From sequence record ON529851.1: a stretch of 64,000 nucleotides of DNA; one strand, given 5' to 3'. Position 1 is the stretch's first letter. Each line of letters begins with the position of its first letter. Position numbers and translations under genes: made by a program. Shown here piece after piece: positions 22,703-31,430 of the stretch. The notes beneath the pieces were generated by a model that ran no database searches, had not been told where the DNA came from, and saw nothing but the letters and a program-made list of their open reading frames with translations.

Positions 22703-24745
22703 TTAATTCGTGAAGGAGAGCGCGGGGATCGCCTGGCCCTGGACCAGCTTGAACCGCACGAGGATGAGATTGTCGGTCGCGTTCGTGGACGACTGCGTGC
22801 CGAAGGTGATGGTGAAGACGCCCGAGGCGCCCGTCATGACGGAGCCGGAGGCGCACCCAGCCAGGGGATCGCCGGTTTCGCCGGGAACGCCGGCGCCGTC
22901 GTAGGGCTTGAAGCCGTCCCACCAGCCGCCCGGCGCGTTGGGCTGCTGATCCGAGACGCCCGGCAGTTTGATCCAGCAACCGGCGTAGGCGCCGCTGACG
23001 TTGATCTTGAAGGCCGAACGGGCCGCGCGGCGGAAGGCGAAGGTGGCGTATTGCGCGCCGTCGCGGCCGACCGACAGGTCCGGTCCGACGGGCAGGTGGC
23101 CTTGAGCGTAGTTCGTGCGGTTGTGCGCCAGCACGCCGGCGACGACCGCCGCCTCGTGCGCGGGCAGGGCCGTCGAGGCGTCCCAGGAGCCGTGAGGAGC
23201 GGCAGGCGTGTCGCCGGCGGCCGTGGACACCCGAACCGCGTTGAGGCCGTTGGGCAGCGCCCCCAGGCCCGTCACGGGCACGTTCATTTCGTCGAGGCGC
23301 GCGCCGGCCGAGCCGCGCTTGATCAGGATGGTCGGTCCGCCCAGATCGACCGTGGTCGCGCCGTTGACGTTGCGGGCCACGCCGCTGATCTTGCCGGACA
23401 GATGGCCCGAGCCATCGACCGTGATGGTCTGCGGGGTCACGGCCTGGGCCGTCAGGGTGTTGCGCGGCAGCGGCGCGTCGATCCCGGTCGCGGGGACGTA
23501 GCTGTAGGTCTTGGTCGCGATCACCGGGCCGGTGAACTGGATCGGGTCGCCGCCGCCGTAGTAGGTCTCGCCCGCCAGATTGGCGATCGACATGGAGACC
23601 GTGAGGGCGGCGCCGTCGCCGTAGTGGGGGACGCCCGAGGAATAGACCAGGGTTCCGGCCGACGCCTGCGTCACAGCGCCCGCGCTGATGGTCGGGCTGG
23701 CGGTCAGATCGTCACGCATGAAGGTGACGATGTTCGTGGGGCCGGCTTCGGTGTGGTCGATCTGCGCCGCGTTCAGACCCTGCGGCACAGGGACGCCCGT
23801 CAGGCGCACGTCGAACGACTTCCAGAAGCCCGGCGTCTCTACCGGGAAATCCTTCTGATCAGAGATCGTCAGACCGCCGTAGGTGCCGTTGTCCGACACG
23901 CCGTCAAGCAGGCGCGAGGCGACCAGGGCGCCGTTCAGGTAGACTTCGAGTTGGCCGACATCGCCCGGACCGACATCGTTCAGGGCCGTCGTCTGGACGG
24001 CGGCGGCGGTGATGCGCGTGACCGCCGTGCCCGGCGTCAGGGTGGCGGTGGTGTTGTTGGTGTAGCCTTGGACCAGGCGCGCCTGGGTCCCCGCCGTGTT
24101 CGAAACAGCGATGGCCCCGTTCGGGAACATCGGCGGCTGCGACGGGATCAGCTTGCCCAGGACTTCGTTGAGGCGGTCGACGGCCTCGGAGACCGGGGTT
24201 TCGTTGACCAGGGGCACGGCGCCCGGCGTCCAGGAGCCGTCGCCGAACTCGACGATGTCGCCCAGGACGACATGGAAACCGTCCAGGTTGTCGATCTTGT
24301 CGGCGGCGTCTTGCAGGCGGACGTTGACCTTGGAGATCGCCGTAGCGACGTCGGTGGTTTCGTCCAGATCGACGGCGCCGCTTCCCCACAGGCCTTCGCC
24401 GGTGTCGGGATCGACGCGATCGCCCAGCGGGATGTTGGTCCCGATGGGGGAGAAGTTCGCAAGGGCCAGGTTCAGGCGCTGGAGCGCCTCGGCCAGGTTG
24501 TCGGTCGGCTCCAGCACCACCAGGCCGCCGGTCCAGTCGGTGCGGTCGCCCAGGTAGATTTGATCCGCGTCGCGCGCCTCGGCGACGACGACGCTGACCG
24601 AACCGTCAGCCCCATACTCGCCCGCGAACAGAAGGCCGCAGGTGTAACCCTCGTCTTCCGGCGGGGTCTTGGCGAAGAGGGGGAACGCCCGGTGGGTCTC
24701 GACGTCGACTGCGACATCGCCCGTGACGTCGACGAGCAGAGCCAT
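22703..24745 (-). CDS. Virion structural protein (680 aa, MALLVDV...)
   Basis: ATG just after the stop of 24747-25118; paralog of 20519-22690. Confidence 0.82.
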   Translation of the reverse strand: MALLVDVTGDVAVDVETHRAFPLFAKTPPEDEGYTCGLLFAGEYGADGSVSVVVAEARDADQIYLGDRTDWTGGLVVLEPTDNLAEALQRLNLALANFSPIGTNIPLGDRVDPDTGEGLWGSGAVDLDETTDVATAISKVNVRLQDAADKIDNLDGFHVVLGDIVEFGDGSWTPGAVPLVNETPVSEAVDRLNEVLGKLIPSQPPMFPNGAIAVSNTAGTQARLVQGYTNNTTATLTPGTAVTRITAAAVQTTALNDVGPGDVGQLEVYLNGALVASRLLDGVSDNGTYGGLTISDQKDFPVETPGFWKSFDVRLTGVPVPQGLNAAQIDHTEAGPTNIVTFMRDDLTASPTISAGAVTQASAGTLVYSSGVPHYGDGAALTVSMSIANLAGETYYGGGDPIQFTGPVIATKTYSYVPATGIDAPLPRNTLTAQAVTPQTITVDGSGHLSGKISGVARNVNGATTVDLGGPTILIKRGSAGARLDEMNVPVTGLGALPNGLNAVRVSTAAGDTPAAPHGSWDASTALPAHEAAVVAGVLAHNRTNYAQGHLPVGPDLSVGRDGAQYATFAFRRAARSAFKINVSGAYAGCWIKLPGVSDQQPNAPGGWWDGFKPYDGAGVPGETGDPLAGCASGSVMTGASGVFTITFGTQSSTNATDNLILVRFKLVQGQAIPALSFTN

Positions 24746-24746
24746 A

Positions 24747-25118
24747 TTAGCGGAGACGGACCTGGATGTGGTCCTGCGGGATGATGATCCCTTGACCGGA
24801 TTCGGTGGCCCGCGAGGTGCGCAGGCGGCCGTAGAGAACCATGTCCCCTTCGGCGTCGAAGATGGCGAAGTAGTTGACCTGGACCCAGTCGTTGATCGCC
24901 GGGCCGAAGGCCAGCGGGCCAACCGTAGTCAGGTTGGTGATGCCGGCGGCGACGGTCTTGGCGAGCGTGATCGGCTGGCGGGCGTAACCGAGGTCCGCCG
25001 CCGGTTCGACGATCAGCGTGCCGTCAGGCTCGGGTGCGGACGCGAGCAGGCCCAGGGTGAGATCATCACCCCAGGCCGCGATGATCGCGTCGTGAGTCTT
25101 ATACGACAGGTTGGGCAC
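24747..25118 (-). CDS. Phage structural protein (123 aa)
   Basis: GYARQPIT...FG.A...W..V.YFAIFDA.G pattern. Confidence 0.78.
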   Translation of the reverse strand: MPNLSYKTHDAIIAAWGDDLTLGLLASAPEPDGTLIVEPAADLGYARQPITLAKTVAAGITNLTTVGPLAFGPAINDWVQVNYFAIFDAEGDMVLYGRLRTSRATESGQGIIIPQDHIQVRLR

Positions 25119-25129
25119 GGTGGAGGGCC

Positions 25130-25678
25130 TTACTTGGCCTTGCGACCGCGACGGGGGGTCTTGGTGACGGTGGTCGTGTCGGCGGCGTCTTCGACAGCCG
25201 GGACGTCGATGGCGTCTTCATCGTCCAGGTCGGAGGCGTCTTCCGCCGGGGCGGCGGAGAAGTCCTTGACGGCGGGCTCCGGCAGATGCGCGGCGGCGGC
25301 GGCCGCTGCGGCGGCCTTGGCCTGCATCTCAGCCTGGGCGACCAGCGCGGCTTGAGCGGCGGCGGCTTCCAGGGCTTGCTGCTGGGCGATCGCGGCGGCC
25401 ATGGCGGCTTGCTGCTGTTGCAGGGCCTGGGCGGCCTGGGACGCGGCCGGCGACTGACCGTTCTCGTCCTTGCCCGTGGCGCGGTCGAGCACGCGCTGCG
25501 AGGGCGCGGGGCCTTCCGGCGGGGTCACGGTGGCGAAGGGGGCGTAGGCGGCGGGGTTCGCCGGCACGAAGCGCGACCAGGTGTAGCCGGCGCCGACGAC
25601 GAGGTCACGCGCGTTGGGGCGGGTGTGCTTCTCGGGGTTGCCGTTGGGGTCGTAGATGATGACGGTGTTGTCGGCCAT
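25130..25678 (-). CDS. Hypothetical protein (182 aa, MADNTVII...), Ala/Gln-rich
   Basis: Low-complexity coiled region, KTPRRGRKAK tail. Confidence 0.75.
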   Translation of the reverse strand: MADNTVIIYDPNGNPEKHTRPNARDLVVGAGYTWSRFVPANPAAYAPFATVTPPEGPAPSQRVLDRATGKDENGQSPAASQAAQALQQQQAAMAAAIAQQQALEAAAAQAALVAQAEMQAKAAAAAAAAAHLPEPAVKDFSAAPAEDASDLDDEDAIDVPAVEDAADTTTVTKTPRRGRKAK

Positions 25679-25891
25679 GTGCGGCGTAAATCCTGCGTAT
25701 CGGGTAGATGCGAAAAAGGGCGCAGTCGAGCCGCGCGAGACTAGGCTTTCTGGCATGAATCCTGCTCAAAGTCAAGATTTCCAGCACTGAGCGCCAGGAA
25801 TCACGGCAATGAGAGTCCCCTTCGTCGCGACGCCGTCTCAATCCACATATCCACAACAGCGACGCTTCTGTGGATAAGTCAGGATTCCTGA

Positions 25892-25920
25892 TTGACGGCT
25901 CAGGGCGACCCCGCTAAATC
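25892..25920 (+). promoter_or_regulatory. Caulobacter housekeeping-sigma promoter TTGACG...GCTAAATC
   Basis: Matches the TTGACG / GCTANAWC consensus, antisense to flanking genes. Confidence 0.75.
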
Positions 25921-25925
25921 CCTAA

Positions 25926-26438
25926 TCGTCGCTTCGGAAACGGAGCGGCCGGCAACCGGGCCTCGGCCCGACTAGCCGGGCTCTGAAGGGTATGCAGTCC
26001 TGGACTGATCCTGACAGAGTTGAGGCCGGACGCCGGGGTGACCCGGTCCATCCGCCGAGACATGGTATCTCAAGGCTGCCGCAGCCCAAGAGACCGATCC
26101 TCGGGCCGCCAAAGGTCGTAAGACTGATGGTCAGGCGCATCAGCCGGTCGGCGCAGCGATGTGACGATGGGTCCTAAGGCGCCACGGACTTCGCACCCTC
26201 GGGTGCGGGAGCCAAGGCGTAGAGATGCAGTTCAGGGCCTTCGGGCTGTGGTTCTGTAGGTCAAGTCCAGCCACGGCGACGTGGTCGGCCCGCTGACCCC
26301 ACCTTCTTCGGGGAAACCTGATGCCCTGGTGGACTCTCCTGCCCCTCGCTGTAATGGCGCAGGACGGGCGCGACGTCGAACCAGAACCAGATTGTCGGGA
26401 AGGCCCGCCTCGTATCTTCGGATGCAGGCGGGCCTTTT
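25926..26438 (+). ncRNA. Large structured noncoding RNA candidate (~510 nt)
   Basis: Bounded by a promoter and a terminator; several GNRA/UUCG-capped hairpins; long-range pairing; no credible ORF. Confidence 0.68.
26400..26438 (+). terminator. Intrinsic terminator, possibly bidirectional
   Basis: AAGGCCCGCCT...AGGCGGGCCTT stem followed by TTTT. Confidence 0.8.
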
Positions 26439-26443
26439 GCGTT

Positions 26444-26875
26444 TCAGCCCTCAGGCGCCGCTGCGATCACCAGGGTGTAGGGGTACTGGACGGTGGTCAC
26501 CCCGATCTGCACGCCCACCATGACAGTGATGGCGGTCTCGGCGAGTTCGACCATAAACCCCGTCCCCACAATATAGGCGAAGCCTTCCTCATCCACGATG
26601 ACGCGGCCGTCCTCGGTGAGGAACTTGAAGCGTCCGCCGGCGTCGTCGACCAGGCTATAGTTGGCCCAGGGTTGATCCACCTTGACCATGGCGACGCCGT
26701 GCGCGGCGGACGTCTTGTCGACCAGGGGATGCAGGGGGTGAATCTCGTAACCAGTGATGGACGGCGCGAGGCCGAAGCCAACACTCGCGCCGCGCACGTT
26801 CCGCAGGCTCTGCGGGGTCGTGGCGTGGTGATGACGCGCGAGCGCCTGGAGGTCGATTTGGTAGGTGTGGGCCAC
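26444..26875 (-). CDS. Hypothetical head-module protein (143 aa)
   Basis: GTG start with SD AGGA; downstream of the capsid genes. Confidence 0.7.
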   Translation of the reverse strand: MAHTYQIDLQALARHHHATTPQSLRNVRGASVGFGLAPSITGYEIHPLHPLVDKTSAAHGVAMVKVDQPWANYSLVDDAGGRFKFLTEDGRVIVDEEGFAYIVGTGFMVELAETAITVMVGVQIGVTTVQYPYTLVIAAAPEG

Positions 26876-27033
26876 GGAATGTCCTGAGAGAATCTCGAAA
26901 GGGGTGATCGGCCGCTACCCGATCCGACGCCGTTCGACCCTATGTCCTGGCCGGCGTCCGCGCTGCGCGGTCCCACAGGCCTGGCGACCTGACTCATATT
27001 TACCCAGCGCAGGGTGTAGATGCGCTGCAAAAG

Positions 27034-27062
27034 AAAAGGGCCGCCCCTTGCGGAGCGGCCCT
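27034..27062 (-). terminator. Terminator after the capsid genes
   Basis: AGGGCCGC/GCGGCCCT stem with a T run on the minus strand. Confidence 0.75.
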
Positions 27063-27089
27063 AGTCTTTACCCGAAGGCGAAGGCCGAC

Positions 27090-27515
27090 TTAGGCCTTCG
27101 AGTTCGGTCCGGCGAACGCGTAGTACGAAACCGTACCGCTCGCTTCGACTTCCGCGTAAACGCGGATGCCAGCGGCGTCGGCGTCAGCCGCAGCCAGGGT
27201 GGCGGGGTCGAACTTCAGCACGAAGGTCTTGCCGGCGACGGCAGTGACCGTGCCACCGGGGGCGTCGACCGGGTTGGCGCCAGCGGCGTCAACGGTCTGG
27301 ACCTTGATGGTGGCGTCCGTGGCCGCGTCGACGACGATGACGACGTCGAACGGCGTTTGGCCGTACAGGTTCTTCAGGTCGCCGCGACCAGCGGTCAGGC
27401 GGTGAAGGTCGACCACGAGGCCGCCGGCGGCCGAGGCCGTGACAGCGGTGGCGCGATCATCGATCGAACGGAGCGCCAGAAGGGCGTCATAACCGTGCTT
27501 GATCTTGGAGTTCAT
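27090..27515 (-). CDS. Minor capsid/decoration protein
   Basis: Directly downstream of MCP; beta-rich 141 aa; position typical of phiCbK-like minor capsid genes. Confidence 0.72.
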   Translation of the reverse strand: MNSKIKHGYDALLALRSIDDRATAVTASAAGGLVVDLHRLTAGRGDLKNLYGQTPFDVVIVVDAATDATIKVQTVDAAGANPVDAPGGTVTAVAGKTFVLKFDPATLAAADADAAGIRVYAEVEASGTVSYYAFAGPNSKA

Positions 27516-27593
27516 CTTGAAATGTCCGTTTCGAAGAAGGTTTGTAGAGAGAAAGCCGGGGTGGCCGAAGCCACCCCTTAGCCATCATCGCCC

Positions 27594-28529
27594 TTAGGCG
27601 ACGACGGCAGCCTTCTTGATGCCCCAGACGCGAGCGGCGGCGCGGCCCGACAGCACCGCGAGGCTGATCAGCCACTCGATGCGGGTACGGTAGACGGGCT
27701 TGTCGTTGACTTGGCCGAGGTCGTCGACTTCCATCACGCCGTTTTGCAGGCCCATGACGCCCGAGTCGCCGATGTTCACGACGTAGATCGAGGTGCCGAC
27801 AGCGGCGCCGCCACCGGGGTTCGCTTCATTGAAGTCGATGACCTGGGTGTTGGTGTCGTCGTAGTCGGTGGTCAGGATGGGCAGGTCGTTGTAGAACGCG
27901 ATGCGCTCGCCGAACTCGTTCTTGTCCCAGGTGATGAAGCCGGCAACCGACGTCTGACGCGAAGCGGCCGACAGCAGGTTACGCATGCGCTTCGACATGA
28001 TCAGGTGCGTGGCACCGTCAACGGCGTCGATGGCTTCGTCCAGGACTTGCAGCGACAGAGCGTCGCCGCCCGACGAGGCGCCGGCCGGGATCAGTTGGTC
28101 GCCGACGATGCGCTTGCGCAGGCCGTCGAATTCACGCGGATCGGCTTCCGAGTCGCCGGTGATGATCTTGCCAGCCAGGAAGAGCGAGAGGGCCTTGACC
28201 TTCATCTTCTCCTGCATGGTGCGGATGTTCGCGCCATGGGTCTTGATCAGGGCCTTGTCGACGTCCAGGTCGCCGCCAACAATCTTCAGGACTTCGACCT
28301 GCGAGTTGATGACGCCGACGCCGTTGCCGTAAGCTTCGTTGAAGCCACGGAACGCAACGCCCGGCAGTTGGCCTTCTTGGGTGTAGGTGTACGAGCCACC
28401 CGGAACATCCATGAACGGCAGGACCTTCAGGAGGTCCGGATAGGCGAAGAGTTCGATGATCGCCGAACGCTTGACCTCGTCGTTGCCCATCGCCAGATCG
28501 GCGGCTTCGAGCAGAGTGAGAGCAGCCAT
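27594..28529 (-). CDS. Major capsid protein (HK97-like)
   Basis: LTLLEAA...IIELF...GVAFRGFNEAY...GGDLDVDKAL...FDGL pattern. Confidence 0.92.
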   Translation of the reverse strand: MAALTLLEAADLAMGNDEVKRSAIIELFAYPDLLKVLPFMDVPGGSYTYTQEGQLPGVAFRGFNEAYGNGVGVINSQVEVLKIVGGDLDVDKALIKTHGANIRTMQEKMKVKALSLFLAGKIITGDSEADPREFDGLRKRIVGDQLIPAGASSGGDALSLQVLDEAIDAVDGATHLIMSKRMRNLLSAASRQTSVAGFITWDKNEFGERIAFYNDLPILTTDYDDTNTQVIDFNEANPGGGAAVGTSIYVVNIGDSGVMGLQNGVMEVDDLGQVNDKPVYRTRIEWLISLAVLSGRAAARVWGIKKAAVVA

Positions 28530-28850
28530 GCTACTGTATCCTCAGAGTTTTTAATGGTGGTCGCAATTGAGGAGGCGGCCCCCGCCTCGGGCTCCCCCTC
28601 GGACCGACCACCGGCACCCGAGGGAATGAGTGAGGAGTCATGTTTCCCAGGGAAACGTGACTCCGTTCTTGTTTCGCGGATCGCCATGCGGGCGCTCGAC
28701 GCGGAAAGTAGGTTGCCCATTCGGGCGAAATCTGTGCCGGCAGTTAACGAGGGCCGGCGGCTCGGCGGGCTGATTAAGGAGAGCCCGCAGTCTCCGATCG
28801 ACGGTGCCGCCGATCACCTCTTGGCGGAGAGGAAGCCGTGGGAGGCGTCT

Positions 28851-29642
28851 TTACAGACGCGCACCCTTGTCGCCGTTCGCCAGGGCCAGCTTGTCGTTGG
28901 CCGACATGCCGCGCATCTCAGCGGTCGTCTTGCCGAGCGGACCGCGTTGGTCGCTTGCGCCACCACCGCCGGCGCCGCCGCCGTGCGTACCCTTGAACAT
29001 GTGCGGGGCTTCGTCCTTCAGCTTCATGATCCACTCCTTGGGCGTCAGCGGCGAGCCGCCGTCAGCACCGTACAGTTGCAGATCGCCTTGGAACGCCAGC
29101 ACACGGCCGTCGTCTTGGGCGCGCCACACATCGGCTGCGCGGGACAGGATGTCGCGAACCGCCGAGGGCTGGACACCGAGTTCCGGGTCGATGATGGCGT
29201 CCTTGATCGCAGTCGACACCAGCGTGCGCTTGTGCGTGCTCTCAATCTCGCCGGCCTTGGTCTTCCAGAGCGCGCCTTCCTTCTGGGCGGCGCGAATCTG
29301 GTCCTCCAGGACCTTCTTCATGTCTTCAGTACGACGGATCACTTCTTCTTCGATCCGGCGACTGTCGGTCAGTTGACCGTCTTTGACTCGCTGCGAGGTC
29401 GCCCGCAGTTCGGTCAGTTCGTTGGTGAAGGCGGTGGGGTCGTCGCCGACGATCGGCGCCAGGACCTCAACGGCCTTCTTGAGTTCGTCGCGCTCCTTGA
29501 CGAGCGAGATGTTCGTTTCGCGGAACTCGTCCATCTTGTCCTGGGGGACCAGATTGATTTGAACCTTGTCGCCTTCAGCCTTGGCGTAGGTGCGCAGGGC
29601 GTCCGGAATTTGATCGAGCGAGTCGAACGTGAAAATGGGCAT
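28851..29642 (-). CDS. Capsid scaffolding protein
   Basis: Coiled coil upstream of MCP; LKDEAPHMFK..GGGAGG tail. Confidence 0.8.
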   Translation of the reverse strand: MPIFTFDSLDQIPDALRTYAKAEGDKVQINLVPQDKMDEFRETNISLVKERDELKKAVEVLAPIVGDDPTAFTNELTELRATSQRVKDGQLTDSRRIEEEVIRRTEDMKKVLEDQIRAAQKEGALWKTKAGEIESTHKRTLVSTAIKDAIIDPELGVQPSAVRDILSRAADVWRAQDDGRVLAFQGDLQLYGADGGSPLTPKEWIMKLKDEAPHMFKGTHGGGAGGGGASDQRGPLGKTTAEMRGMSANDKLALANGDKGARL

Positions 29643-29757
29643 AAGTGGATGTGTCTCTTGGACCCTGGACCCCAGGGCATGGCGCTACGACCCGTGCGTC
29701 GCGAGATGATGTTGCGGACGACGCCTCGGGAGCGCAGTCCTATTCGGGATGACGCGG

Positions 29758-29786
29758 ACCCTAACAAAAAAGATCGCCATTGTCAA
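29758..29786 (-). promoter_or_regulatory. Head-operon promoter TTGACA-N17-TAGGGT
   Basis: Consensus-like; overlaps a 15-bp inverted repeat. Confidence 0.68.
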
Positions 29787-29860
29787 GATTCTCAGCAAAT
29801 AACGCTTGCAATCCTGACAATGGCGATCTAAAGATGGGGGTTTGCCGGAAGTTCGGGTCG

Positions 29861-30433
29861 TTATCCGACGATAGGTTGCTTCAGAGTCTTGACAGGTTTG
29901 CGGTTCTTGCGGTCAATAACGAAGCCGTAACGCGCCATGTCTGATTTAGACTTCGCCTTGTGGCACGGGTCCTTACACAAGATTTGAACGTTCTCCGGCT
30001 CCCAGAATGACCAATCCCCAAACGCCAGAAACAAGGGAATGACGTGGTCAGCCTCCCAAGCATCAGACAAGAAGCGCCAGATAACTCCGCAGGAGGCGCA
30101 CTCACCTTTGTCGCGCAAGAAGACGTGCTGGCGCATGACTGAAGGGTCGGAGCGAAGCAAGTAATTTCCGACGCAACGCTGCGAACACCAGGATCGGCGC
30201 AGGTTGATGGCGCCGTCTTTCTTCAGAATCCGCACGCCGCACCACCGGCAATGGCCCGGCGGCGGTCGGGTGATCTTCGAGGGATGGGTGCGGTGGTTGT
30301 AGGACACAGGCAGTTTCGATCCGCGCGGCTTCTTCGCGCGGCGCGGCCGACGCGTCGTTGCGCGGCGGCGGGTTACGGTGCGGGCGGTGGTCGTCTTGGG
30401 AGGCGAGGCGCGCCGCTGGGGGCGGCGGGCCAT
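29861..30433 (-). CDS. HNH endonuclease with Arg-rich N terminus
   Basis: CRWCG...CS.RC, CASCG, WEADHVIPL...N.Q.LC...CH.AK; lower GC than flanks. Confidence 0.85.
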   Translation of the reverse strand: MARRPQRRASPPKTTTARTVTRRRATTRRPRRAKKPRGSKLPVSYNHRTHPSKITRPPPGHCRWCGVRILKKDGAINLRRSWCSQRCVGNYLLRSDPSVMRQHVFLRDKGECASCGVIWRFLSDAWEADHVIPLFLAFGDWSFWEPENVQILCKDPCHKAKSKSDMARYGFVIDRKNRKPVKTLKQPIVG

Positions 30434-30466
30434 CAGGCGACCTGCGCGCGATGCTTGGGGTCGGCG

Positions 30467-30919
30467 TCAGTCATCAGTGAAGAGGTAACGCAGCGCCATC
30501 GCGTCCCAGTAGGCGTTGTGCTGGACGGCGCCCTCCAGCGTGGTCGGATAGGCCTGGGCGCGGATCATCTCGAAGGTGAGGTGGCGCTTGGCGACCATTT
30601 CGCCCGGCCCGGTCATCAGGGCGCGGCAGAAGTAGGCGATGTCGTCGGGCCAGTCCGCGATGATGTGCGGCCGCTCGTCGCCCAGCAGGAAGGCGGCGAT
30701 GGTGCGGGCGGCGTTGCCCGGCGTCAGGTGATCCCAGATGGTCTGGGTCGCGGGGACGGCGCCCATCAGCGGCTTGACGTTCTCTTCCACCCAGGGCGTG
30801 CAGGGCTGATAAGCCCGGTCCATGATGATGTAGAGGGCGCGGCCGTCCTGGCGCACCAGGGCCAGGCTCAAGAGATCGCCGCCGAAGCCGTCGAACTCGC
30901 AGTCGAGGTAGTAGTTCAC
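30467..30919 (-). CDS. DEDDh-type 3'-5' exonuclease-like protein
   Basis: YLDCEF...LLSLALV...HNAYWDA motifs. Confidence 0.8.
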   Translation of the reverse strand: MNYYLDCEFDGFGGDLLSLALVRQDGRALYIIMDRAYQPCTPWVEENVKPLMGAVPATQTIWDHLTPGNAARTIAAFLLGDERPHIIADWPDDIAYFCRALMTGPGEMVAKRHLTFEMIRAQAYPTTLEGAVQHNAYWDAMALRYLFTDD

Positions 30920-31161
30920 AGGATGTAAATCCGATCTATACGCCCAGGGGCGAGCAGGGCCGGCAGCATGCCCAGCCAGCGCGAATAGCCGTCGCGGGCG
31001 CCTTGGGTCTTCAGGCGGTGGTCCGGCGGCGGAACCACCAGGATGGTGTCGAACCGCTCGACGGTGTAGGCCCCCACGACGTAGACCTTGACGTCGCCGC
31101 CCAGGGCCGGCGCCATCCGATCGGCCAGACCCGCGTTCCAGTGAAACAGCGCTGTCGTCAT
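30916..31161 (-). CDS. Hypothetical protein (81 aa)
   Basis: ATGA coupling. Confidence 0.6.
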   Translation of the reverse strand: MTTALFHWNAGLADRMAPALGGDVKVYVVGAYTVERFDTILVVPPPDHRLKTQGARDGYSRWLGMLPALLAPGRIDRIYIL

Positions 31162-31430
31162 GTCAGCTTTCCCTTCAGCGCCGCCAGGTGGGCCAGGTTG
31201 TCGTGATGGATGCGCATCGCATCGAGCAGCGCTTCGTAGGCCGACACGGCGTGCAGCCGCAGGTTCTCCAGGTCCGTGCCGCTGCGCCGGCCCTTGGCGG
31301 GCGCTTCGGTCATGGCGCTGTTGTAGGCGTTGTGGGCCAGGGCCTGTTCGCGGTGCACGATCGTGATCTGGGCCAGCGAGACCTTGGCCTGCTGGATCGC
31401 CTCGCGCAGCTTGTCCTTGCGGGTGCTCAC
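31158..31430 (-). CDS. Hypothetical coiled-coil protein (90 aa)
   Basis: Coupled ORF. Confidence 0.7.
   Translation of the reverse strand: MSTRKDKLREAIQQAKVSLAQITIVHREQALAHNAYNSAMTEAPAKGRRSGTDLENLRLHAVSAYEALLDAMRIHHDNLAHLAALKGKLT

Noticed and set aside
20609-24784. 1391-aa plus-strand ORF
   Set aside because: Antisense shadow of GC-rich minus-strand structural genes; no recognisable motifs or SD.
25926-26438. Group I intron, RNase P or tmRNA identity for the large RNA
   Set aside because: No interrupted gene, no convincing P/Q/R/S elements, no RNase P GAGGAAAGTCC signature, and no CCA/T-arm end.
27711-29831. 706-aa plus-strand ORF
   Set aside because: Overlaps MCP and scaffold on the opposite strand; shadow.
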